A stretch of 61,468 nucleotides of DNA, counting the filler, from Basidiobolus ranarum (lineage: Eukaryota), in assembly GCA_040143965.1 (NCBI GenBank). It is 9 parts of 9 records of this genome, joined end to end, with 100 filler letters (N's around TTAATTAATTAA, not from the genome) between each part and the next. Parts side by side here need not be neighbours in the genome. Positions count along the whole stretch, not along the records: positions 47,918 to 54,644 come from JASJQH010001259.1; positions 54,745 to 61,468 come from JASJQH010001260.1; 7 more parts are not named here. One strand, written 5' to 3'. The translations under genes were made by a program, and so were the position numbers. Positions 51,162 through 61,468 of this stretch are shown one piece after another. The stretch's first letter is position 1. Each line of letters opens with the position of its first letter. The notes under the pieces are model-generated. The model was given only the letters and a program-made list of their open reading frames with translations. It had not been told where the DNA came from and did not search any database.

Positions 51162-54012
51162 GCTTGTAGGCTAACGTTAATGTTTGATTGGGAGGAGTAA
51201 CTATGAAGATACACGAAGAACTATGGATGTGTAATGAATTTATAGGAATTCCAACCTGCTCTACGGTTTTGAAGCTATACGTTTTTGACAAATTAGTGAT
51301 ACATTTGAGACTTGTCAGATTCGAATAGTCTTCAAAATAAATTCCGACTAGTGGATATTTTGGCGGATAAAATGGAAGGCTACTTTGATCGGAGTTGAGG
51401 AGGACCGAAAAGTTTAGGATTAGATCCGATCCGACCACGATCCTGAGTTTCGAGAGCATAGTGAAACTTATTCACAATACTCTCCATATTAAATATATAT
51501 TGTATTGGCGGGTTCCATCCATTTGTTGTTTTCATTCCAAGTATGCATTTGAGGGTGGAACGGCTATATTCCGAGGAGCCTATCTAGCTCAAATCAGTCT
51601 CTAGTCTGTTGACTTGGCATTTCCATTATGAAGCTGATCCAGAGCCTCTGCTGTCAGGTTAATTCTGAGTTTCTTCGGAAGGACGGAGTTTACGATACTG
51701 AAGAATCATAGTCTATCCACACTTGGATGGCTTAGGATTTGCCTAATCAATACAAAAGGCTAAAGTATCCATTCGATTTATCCAGGCGTGACAACAAGCC
51801 ATTCCCCATCTGGATATAGCCGCTCATTGTGATTCATTGGTATTAGTGTAAGTTGAACGGATATTCGGACAAAGCCGAGGTGGCTGTTTTTCCGAGACGT
51901 GTTTTACAAACTTTTCTAATCACCCTTTCACTCCTCGGCATGTGGCCATGTTAATGTTATAGCTTGGATTTGAGGACTAGGCGGACACACTGAATCAATA
52001 CGCCAAGTATCGAGATGGAAGATTCTTGCATAAATAAAGTCAGATTTAGAATATGCGGAAGATCTGGTGGTGAAAGATTTGCTTGAATGGATGTGTCGAA
52101 CATTCTTAATTTGCAGGATCGGGGTGGAAACTAGAAAATATTGATTCTTTAATATTTAAGCACTATTATGTCTGTTCATGGTTGATTCGAAATTAGCCTG
52201 CTGTTGAGTTTAAGGATCATTAAGGTTTTGTATTTGGAAGTATTGCAGGGGTTTGCCCTTGCAACCAATGTGACAATCGTTTTATTGAAAGCTGCGTATC
52301 AAGTGGAAAGTCTATCTGAGATTCGGAGTTGCAGTTGTAATGATACAGTTTTACCTACCCGTTTCTGAATCAACTCCCTACTTGGGATAACTCCTTTGAA
52401 TGTATAACCTGAATCATAGACGGACAATGTGCATTCCAAGTGTTCTTGCATTAACACACAATCCTAACTGGGACCTCCATGAGACTGGCCTTTTCAAGCC
52501 AAGATGTACTACCGCAATTTTCTAAAACTCCTGGCCTATGCTTAGTATTTTCTTAATCATCAAGTGTGGCGTGGCGCTTTAGACAGGATTTACTTTTTCT
52601 TTTGCTGTGGAATCCGTAACCGAATACTATACGTATTTGGTAATATCAGAGTCAGATAGCCTGAAGCTACTATTGGCTACGAGTTACCTATTTCGTATCT
52701 TCATCTACAGTAATAAAAAGGCTCGAATACTCCCGTGCTTACAAGGGCACTCGATTCATTACCAATATTGTAGCAGCAAGCCTTATTAACTCGTGCTGAA
52801 AAGCTATTGGTGGAATTGGAATGTTATTAAAATGAAATACTACATACTATCAATCTCACATAAATGAGTGTTGCTAACCAAACTTGAATGTTTTTAGTAT
52901 ACTTTTTGAGCATATTATTTATTGTTGGAATTAGCTTGGTTTTCCTTCAAAACTAGAATTCGAGGGAACCGGTTATCAGAGTGCGTCAAATGTTACAAAT
53001 GCAACTCAACTTCTTAAAAGAGATTTGCTTCCAATAAGAAATGATTCTAGATAGTTTCTTTTTGTTAAAAGAAGGTATGAGTAACTATTGTGATGGTCGA
53101 GGAATTGAATGTAGTAAAGGGAGAGTACCGTAACAACATGAAGTTAATTACTGTTACATCTGAATTATATTTACCTAGCCTTAAAATACTGAAAGTTAAC
53201 TTAATTGTACATAAGCTTACCAAATACGAATTGCCCGCTGCAATGTAAGCTTGCTTCGTTTTGAGATGTTAGAATTTAGCATCTACATATTTAAATGTCA
53301 TTTCTAATATGTTTGATGTTCATATACAGAATGTTTCATGTCAATATAGAATATATTTTGGATATATTTCAGAAATGTGGAGAAGGTTGAAAATTTCAAA
53401 CTCGTCCAAATATACATCCCTATTGTCATTTATCTTCAACTTCAACATATGTACCCAGCACTTATTTCTCAATGTAATAAGTGTAATTTCCGTACTTGTA
53501 GCTATTTGGGACGCATTCGTAGTATTCAGGGATGTTTTGAACACTTTGTATGTTAATTTATGGAAAGTCCCTCACATCAAGAGCAGTATAAATAAATTAC
53601 TATCTAACTTTTGTAAAGTGAATGTTGCACCTTAAAGGTAGTTCTATTGTGTCAAATTTAAGATAAAGAGCCGGAATAATGATTGATTCTATGGTCTTTT
53701 AATAAATTCTAATATATTCCACTTTTTGATGTAAGTATTCCTTTGACTTCTTTAAGGATCTTCTCCTGTTTAGATCTAATAAATATTCTCTTAGAGGTAT
53801 TCTTGAGATAGACTGCTCTTGAAATAGATGGAAAAATTGGGATAGACTGAGAGTTCTGGAATAAGTAAATCAGATATGTATGTAGTTTAAAGTATATATT
53901 TGGAGATTAGTAGAATATTGAAATTCATAATCTTGTGTTCTTGAGTATTTGGATACTACAAGATATTATAATTATCAGCTCTTAGTAGGCAGACAGATTC
54001 ATGGGTATTGAT

Positions 54013-54342
54013 TGTTGAAATTAGCATAGCCTAAACATCTATATAGTTATATATATCTTAGTATTTAGTTATTCTATATTGAACTAAGATATCACAAACT
54101 ATTCTCAAGAGGACTTTACTCAGAAGTTCTCAGATATATACACTTTTTATACTTGTCCTAGAAGACCCAAATTTTGCACACATATTTCTGGGACTTTCAT
54201 TAGCTCGCTCTATACATTTTTTTGTTTATCTCGTGATAAACCTATAAATGTCAACTTTCTACTCAATAAATCAATAAGTGAAAACCATCAAATCTTCTAG
54301 TTCTCTAAGCCACTTGCTACAAACTCCCTAAATACTTCAACA
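54013..54342 (+). repeat. Family B solo LTR (TGTTG...CAACA)
   Basis: Homologous to the reverse complement of 29635-29982; 5-bp inverted termini; no intact target-site duplication. Confidence 0.85.
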
Positions 54343-54537
54343 TCCTCTTCTTCCACATATGATGGGGCCCTTCAATCTAGAGAGGAAGTGCAGTATTTTG
54401 AGTTGTTCTAGTAGTTGAATAAATCCAAGAATTTTGAGTATTTCTAACTTTCAATATGTTATTTGTCTTGAATCAGCTGTTGGTACATGCAAAATCAACT
54501 TACATAAATATTAAATTAATTTTTCAATACTATATAT

Positions 54538-54644
54538 TGTTGAAATTAGCATTGCCTAAACACCTATATAGTCATATATAGCTTAGTACTTAGTTATCTT
54601 ATAATTCACTAAGATATTATCAATTATTCTCAATCGGAATTTAC
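54538..54644 (+). repeat. Family B LTR, 5' part (cut by contig end)
   Basis: TGTTGAAATTAGCATTGCCTAAACA... repeats the start of 54013. Confidence 0.85.
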
Positions 54645-54744
54645 NNNNNNNNNNNNNNNNNNNNNNNNNNNNNNNNNNNNNNNNNNNNTTAATTAATTAA
54701 NNNNNNNNNNNNNNNNNNNNNNNNNNNNNNNNNNNNNNNNNNNN

Positions 54745-54895
54745 TAATGAGAAATGGTAAAAGTGATCTAATTGATATTTTTATCAATTAGAGCAATAAA
54801 CACACATTTTTGAATGGCAAAATTGAGTGTCAAATAATCAGAAAATGAACAAACCAACTACTAAGTCATAAGTTGCTATTACCCTAATTTCAACA
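54745..54895 (-). repeat. Family A LTR, 5' part (cut by contig end)
   Basis: Reverse complement begins TGTTGAAATTAGGGTAATAGCAACT. Confidence 0.85.
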
Positions 54896-57249
54896 ATGTA
54901 TTTGGGCCAATATCTGACAATCCATTTACTTACTAAGGATAAAAATGTGTGCCAATATCTTACACTGATGTTAATATTTTTCATACTAGAAGTAAAGTTA
55001 TAGCTGTTGGAAGATCTTGACATAATGTGGGTAGACTGTGTATATTAGAGGCATTGTATTATCTAGTTTTAGTTACTTTTCTGCTACAAGAATATGGTGA
55101 CCATTGCAGTAGACCATTGAGTTATTTGTTTGAATTATTCACAAGTTTGTATAGTAAAATATAATTGGAAAGTGGGAGTAATAAGAAAGACTTGTTTTAT
55201 AGATATAGGGATATTCCTATCTAGAATATAGGGGCTATTGATACATTGCTTTCTGTATTTTGCATATGTATCATAACTAAAGTTACCTAAGATGTCAAAT
55301 GAATATTAATTTTCTAGCAATTGCATCAATATCTATTCAATGAAATCCTATAAATCTGCAGATCTTTTTGCTCTCAAGTAAATGTAAATGTTACATTATT
55401 TGATTAAGAAGCAAAACAAGCAATGGGCATGAGTGGGGCCTTAATGTTAGGATGTCTTCTTGTAGACTTGAACTTAATGTATTCTGCATTTACTGTAAGC
55501 AATGACTAGAATCATGGATGGATTACCTTGCCCTAAGGTTTTGTTTTCCTCAGTCAAACCAAACAGCAGTGTATAGGATAAACTTGAGCAATCCTTCTAT
55601 ATCTGGAATTTTGGCAGACATACATTATGAATGCCAGTACTCTAACTTGAGTATTATCAAAGGAGCAGTTTACCAAGTTGGTAAACTTGATGGGACTGGG
55701 AAGTTCTTGGTGATAATAATTAGGGAGAGAATTGGAATGAACTTATTTAATTCTTTAGTTAGTTATCTTGATTAGTATCACTAATCAGCCTATAATTATT
55801 ATTTGCTGAGTATTTGTACTCAATTAAATTAGAAGCCCTATGAGTGCAATATTAAGAATGATTGATTAATATATCTTGCCAAAAGACAAGTTAAAATATT
55901 AAATCTCAACCACAGTCTGTTTGTGATATATTGGTTGGTCATCAGCATATGAGCCATCTACACATCTGATCCAGGTATTTGGTGGATAAAGCACTTCCCC
56001 ATGCTTTTGAATTAAACAGGTCAATACACAAGGAAATTCTGTCTTGGTATCACCTTTCTTTTAACACTATTGCTCCTTCATCTGTCATTGAAAGATGTGA
56101 AACAGCAATAAAATCCTTAACATATTGGAGTGTATAAAAAAGTCACCCAATAATCAGCAAGAACAAGCACAGGCCAGCTTGCAACTAGCTTATCAATATC
56201 TTTGCAAGGTATATGAAAGCTTGGATATCATAAATTTTATCAATGAAGTGATACATGGAATTACTGCCAGACTTATGATTGACTTGAGAGCATTGCAGGA
56301 GTGCATGACATCTCAGTGTTCAATACAGCAGGAATCTATTCAGAGCCTGCTCCCACCACTAGTGTACTATGGCCAATGAAACAGTAATGGTTGCATGTCA
56401 AGTCACAAGCTCTAGCAGATCACTTTTACAAATTATGAGGATCATTAAGTTGTTGGATGGCAGGAAAGGCCCTAAATAATAATAGAACTGCAATGGCAGA
56501 AGTATTACTAATAATTGTTTGTGTTTTAACAGAGGAGTTAGCAGAGTTACAGCTTGGGGCAGGAGTAAGATGCAAAAAAAGCTGGTGACTGTGCATCTGT
56601 AAGAAAGCTTGCTGCTGTAAGCTTCCCTTGGAGCTGCTGGAGATCATGAAACTGAATGACAAACTCTTCAAGCCTACATACAATCAAACAATCCTTTAGC
56701 ATAAAGAATCCATTTTTCATTTCCAACAATCAAGTTGTAGATATTGGAGTATGTCCAAACAGTGAGCTTTGAGCTTTGGCTTTATCAAGATCAAATAAGG
56801 ATCTAACTGATTCAAGCTAAAATAATAAGCAAAATTACTGTCTTGTCATGCTTGTAGCAGATCTGATGCCTATTTTTAGGTAAATATCTATTTGAAGAAA
56901 TGGAGGTGTCTACTACTTTTCCTTGTCTCTAGATCTGAACATGCTATTAAGAAGGAAACAGAACTAATGCAAGGACTCACTCTCCAACCTGAAGTGCTTT
57001 AGCATCCAAAAAGTGCTGTTGACAAAAATGACATGATGGACCAAGCACTGGCAGTAGTTTCTCTCATATTGCAGCTGTAGTCACAAAAAATCCACATAAT
57101 AATAGATGCTTGAACTTTAAATAAGTAAGACAAAGAAATCATAGTCATTTTGATATTCAATTGGCCTATGCTACAACATACTTTTTGGAGAACCATCCAT
57201 TCTCAAAGCCTGCACAGGACAAAATATAAATTTAATCTGACAAGAGGCA

Positions 57250-57560
57250 GAATGCATGTTGGTTACATAAAGGCTATGGAGAATTGAAACTGAATGAACA
57301 CTCTTGTTAATGATGACTAGCTTTGGTTGCCTAAGTTGAGGAGGAATGTAGAAACACTAATCAAGGCTTGCCACAGATGGTAGATATATTGGGGCCAGAT
57401 CCTGAGACATGCAGAATTAATCCTGTTGGGGCCAGTAGGACCATTCAAATAGTTTGGTATTGACTACGTTTAAAAAGAACCCACACCCAGAGTAGAGAAA
57501 CAATGTATTCTAGTTGCTATTTTGCTAAAACTAAGTAGATTGCCAAAGTACTATTTGTTA
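57250..57560 (+). mobile_element. Decayed Ty3/gypsy integrase remnant
   Basis: LWLPKLRRNVETLIKACHR (HHCC zinc-finger region) followed by GPF..FGIDY (start of the core); CpG-depleted. Confidence 0.55.
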
Positions 57561-57734
57561 CCAATGAAGAAGACCAACAACTTTCAAAACATACACAGCT
57601 TTCATGAAGCTTTCATGCCTGGTTAAAGCTATACTCAACACAGGAGCTTACTCTACAGCCAAAACTAGCAAAACTTTTGCAAAAGCTCAAATCACAACAA
57701 CATACCAGGTATGCATGGGTGCACATTTGCAATG

Positions 57735-58070
57735 ATTAGGGGAAGTTTTGAAAAATAGTCCAAAACTGATAAATTAGTCTAGCTGCCATATTAATCACGT
57801 GGTGCAATAAAGATTTAAGTGTAAAACAATCAGAGCATGGTTAAACTAACTACTAATTAATGAATTTCTGTTTCATTAATGAAGACTTGACAACTGAACT
57901 TATTATTTTTTGTACTCTTTACTTGCATTTGTGCTCTCACCAACCAAACGTAGCATGTGCCAAATGCAGGGTTACAATATCAGCAATCATTTCTTGAATG
58001 GTTCAATGGATAAATGCAATTATATCATGCCTTATATGTGCTCTAAAAATGGTATAGACTTCAGAATATT
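57735..58070 (-). mobile_element. Decayed copia 3' end (RH terminus plus LTR fragment), family A-like
   Basis: Minus strand QEMIADIVT, followed by sequence similar to the family A LTR (TAGTAGTTAGTTTAACCATGCTCTGATT; CTATTTTTCAAAACTTCC). Confidence 0.6.
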
Positions 58071-58303
58071 TGTTGAAATTTGATTCATTGTAACTAGTGA
58101 TTTGGTAGTTTGTTGCTTTCATTGACAAACATAGCAGTTTGCTCACTTTTGAGCTTTTTGTTCAAACTTCTCTTGAAAATATCAACTTTCCATCAATACT
58201 TTACCAACATGTTTGCTATGGTCTAAGCAGATTCAAAGCTCTAACCCATACAAACATATAAATTGGACATGTTTAGTTCAGAAAGTATTCTCTGCCTGAA
58301 GAC

Positions 58304-59913
58304 TGTTGAAAATAGGTAAATAGCAACTCATAGTTTAGTAGTTAGTTTTTAACATTCTGATTATTTAGCACTCAATTCTGTCATTCAAAAATGTGTGTTT
58401 ATTGCCCTAATTGATACAAATAGCAATTGGATCAGTTTTACAACTTTCACTATTTCCTCAAAACCTCTGCAAATCATCTCATATTTTAACCCATGCTTAA
58501 CAGGCATGTTTGTTAAAATCTAAGCACATCTAATAGTCCCATCTCATAGTAATCTTTAAATAGGATATATTCAATTCAATAAAACTTCAGTGTCAAATTC
58601 ACCAATTCAAATCTTGTCTGTAACACTTCCAAGTGCCCTGAACACTTTAATCAGGTTATGAGCCCCAAGCTAGCTCTTAAAGGAATGTCTACCAGTACTA
58701 TTACCAATGTTTTTGCATGCACAGAGTAGTATAATGGTAAAAATATTCACCTTTGGAAGTTCAAGCTACAAATGGTGCTAGAAGACAAGCACCTATGGAG
58801 ACTTGTTAATGGCAAATAAATAGAGCCAATGGGACCATCAAAAGCTATCCTTGCCTTTCACAAGATGCAGAGGAAAGCACTCTCCACATTTTGTCTACAT
58901 CTCAGAGACTCCCAATTGAGGCACATACAATCAGCTAAAAATGAGCAAAATGCTTGGGAAACACTCAAGAGACTATGTTAGAGTAAAAGTCTGGCTAATA
59001 TGGTATCTCTTAGGCAAAAAATATTCTCAATGCGCAAGAATTCTGATAATTCCATATACATCAGATAGAAACTGTGGCAGATCAGCTCTCTACCATTGGG
59101 TTGCATCTAAATGAAGATGAATTAGTCATGACTCTACTAGGGAGCCTGCCAGATGAGTTTGGGAAACCCATCATTGGCCTGGATATATGATCAGAGCTAT
59201 TAGCAATGGAATATGTTGGTGCTAGGCTTTTAAATGAGGAATTAAGGAGATCTAATTCTCAGCAAAACTTTGCAGAACAGGTATCTTTTGGAGCTGCAAA
59301 ACATCTAACAGGCCTCAATAATGGTCCCCCTGACAAGAAATCAATCATCTGCAAGTATTGCCAGAAACCTGGCCATTTAATCAAAGATTGCTGAAAAAGA
59401 ATATTGGCCATAAGCTAAAATCAGAATACGTTAATCAACTAAGCACTGATAGGATTCATCAACATGTGTCTGCCCTATCAGTAACCACTAAAGAAGACTC
59501 ATAAATGTGATACATTGATTCAGGAGCTTCCCAGCATATGTCAAACAAGAATGATTGATTTTCCTGCCTAAAATTAACTCACACAAGAAAAGTCCACTCA
59601 GGTGATAACTACACACTAGATGCAGTTGGTAAAAGCACCTCTAAATGAAGAGGACTTAGTCATGACTCTACTACAGAGCCTGCCAGACAAGTTTGGTAAA
59701 TTCATAATTGGCCTAAAAGCAAGATCAGAGCCATCAATAATTAAATATGTTGATGTGAGGCTTTTGAATGAAGAATTAAGGAGATCTATCTGTAAACAAA
59801 ATAATGCAGAGTAGGCATTTTTTGGAGCTGTAAAATGTCCAACAGGCTTTGATAATGGCACACCTAACAGAAAATCAATCATCTGCAAGTATTGCAAGAC
59901 ACCAGGCTATTTA
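58304..59913 (+). mobile_element. Ty1/copia family A copy 4: 5' LTR 58304-58653, PBS, gag, PR, then a repeated gag end from about 59635
   Basis: TGTTG...TCA LTR, HLWKFKLQMVLEDKHLW, CKYCQKPGHLIKDC, IDSGASQHMS; NEEDLVMTLL..LPDKF appears a second time. Confidence 0.93.
58654..58665 (+). promoter_or_regulatory. Primer-binding site complementary to the anticodon arm of initiator tRNA-Met (half-tRNA priming)
   Basis: GGTTATGAGCCC directly after the LTR CA is the reverse complement of GGGCTCATAACC. Confidence 0.85.
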
Positions 59914-61047
59914 TAATTCCAGGCTTTCTTCACATTTAGTGGGGAGTATGATTTGTATGGGATGTATAGGTACTTATGAAATACTTTTAGATGTACATCT
60001 GTAGATATGTGATTATCAGTGGTTTTTGAAATGATTATGTCCATGAAGTCAAAGAGAAAGGTTGGACTACCTAATCCAGCTTAATAGTGTTGTTCTCCTC
60101 ATTGAAGTGTTGCATAAATGTACTTAGTTTGGTCATACCATGTTGCCAGATAAAGAAAATATCATCCAGATATGATTTGTAGATCTCTGGCCAGATGGGT
60201 GTTTTTTTCTTGATCCGGTCTTACAGAAAGTGCATGTAAAGGTTACATGAAGTGCCCATTGCTGTCCCTTCAATTTGCTCATATGTAAGACCTTCAAATT
60301 CAAAATAGGTATTATACATGATAATGCACAGACTTTCTGTTAAAGCTTCCAATATGTGTGGGAGATTTGTATAGTGTTTTCTAATATATGTGCTGACTTT
60401 GCTGACTCCTTTATTAGTTTTGATGTAGGTGTACAAGATTTGTACATTGGCTTTAACAGAGAGTTGTGTGTGTGCCATAGTTGTTGTTTCTTGGATTTTG
60501 ATTAATTCTGTGGAGTTATGTAATATAATAGGAAGCATGTTACAAATTGGTTGAAGCCAGTGGGAGTACCATATGGATATACCATTTGTTATCCAGCTTT
60601 AGGATGGTACTGTAGGTCTGCTTTTGATGGGTTGCTTATGTAATTTAGGTAAGAGGTAGAATGTGGGTAATCTCCATTCCATGAGTTTAGTGGTAATGAA
60701 TTTAGGCTCTTTGATTTTGAAGCTTTTTCTGTAATATCTTAGCAAATTGTGGATATTTTCAGTGATTTTGTCAAAGAGGCATATCTTTACAATATATGTG
60801 TTGGTATCCTGTAATTGACAAAGGACTTCATTAATGTACCGGCATTTGTCCATTATTGTTAGGCCTAGGTTTTCACCACTAGGTTAAATAATTACGTTTT
60901 TGCTTTTTATGAATTGTTTCAGATTAATCAATTCCAACACTTCATTATTATGTTTAATTGAAATTTTTATTGTATCCAACAAATTTATTACATTTGTTTC
61001 CAAGAATTATATGCCTTGTTCCAGTTGAGATGATCCAGTAATTAGTT
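59914..61047 (-). mobile_element. Penelope-like element (PLE) reverse transcriptase, degenerate and truncated at both ends
   Basis: Minus strand: NVII*PSGENLGLTIMDK (decayed DKNLG motif), PTFYLLPKLHK..SRPTV, YFEFEG..YEQIEGTAMGT, YLDDIFFIW (60161-60172), FMDIII..KYLYIPYKSYSP..VKKAW. Confidence 0.9.
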
Positions 61048-61063
61048 GGGTTAGGGTTAGGGT
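61048..61063 (+). repeat. Telomeric tract capping the PLE 5' truncation
   Basis: GGGTTAGGGTTAGGGT, a 16-nt perfect match preceded by TTAGTT. Confidence 0.8.
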
Positions 61064-61468
61064 GTTTTTTTCTGCGCTATCAGTAACCACTAAAAAAGAT
61101 TAACAAACATGGTACATTGCTTCAGGAGCTTCCCAGCATATGTCAAACAGGAAAAATTGGTTCTCCAGCTTAACACCAATTCAAACAAGGAAAGTCTACT
61201 TAGGTGATGACTACATACTAGATGCAGTTTGCAAAGGCCCAGTTGTACCTAATTTAGACCAAAGTTCAGAAATGCCATCTGCAACATTGGATGATGTACT
61301 CCATGTGCTAAATATAGCCATGAATCTACTCTCAGTAAGCCAAGCAACAACTCAAGGACTAAGTTTCATGGTCAGTAAGGCTGGATGCACTTTCACTGAT
61401 CAGAACAATAGCAATTTAGCTACAGGGATCAAAACTCAAAACTTGTGCAAGCTGGAAAGCAACAAATT
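61064..61468 (+). mobile_element. Family A copia resumes (protease region)
   Basis: SALSVTT..WYIASGASQHMSN..VYLGDD..LDDVLHVLNIAMNLLSVSQ; colinear with 59466-59635 and 18570-18970. Confidence 0.9.

Overview
This window is not one locus. It is nine unrelated contigs joined by 100-nt artificial spacers (N44-TTAATTAATTAA-N44): 1-6758, 6859-13608, 13709-20452, 20553-27296, 27397-34139, 34240-40981, 41082-47817, 47918-54644 and 54745-61468. Their lengths fall from 6758 to 6724 nt, so they are size-sorted and gene order across spacers is meaningless. The DNA is from an AT-rich eukaryote with short GT-AG introns, almost certainly an early-diverging fungus; Basidiobolus-like is my best guess (inference). 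Host genes: GAPDH (partial), ARF6 (4 exons), an aquaglyceroporin, a 7TM-RGS protein, the vigilin/Scp160 C-terminus, a homeodomain factor, two convergent BTB-like paralogues, tRNA-Arg(CCG), a disrupted VPS13 and several orphans. Two intronless genes look bacterial: a YcaC isochorismatase-like hydrolase and a Bacillota-type beta-lactamase-family serine hydrolase. About a third of the window is decayed, CpG-depleted retroelement DNA: two Ty1/copia families (one with a half-tRNA-iMet primer site), Ty3/gypsy relics and a Penelope-like RT. The most unusual signal is short telomeric (TTAGGG)n tracts at internal junctions. One caps the 5'-truncated end of the Penelope-like RT, which sits inside a copia element. 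Two others bracket a ~355-bp segment with the polarity of a linear mini-chromosome. All calls are by eye; no database searches were run.
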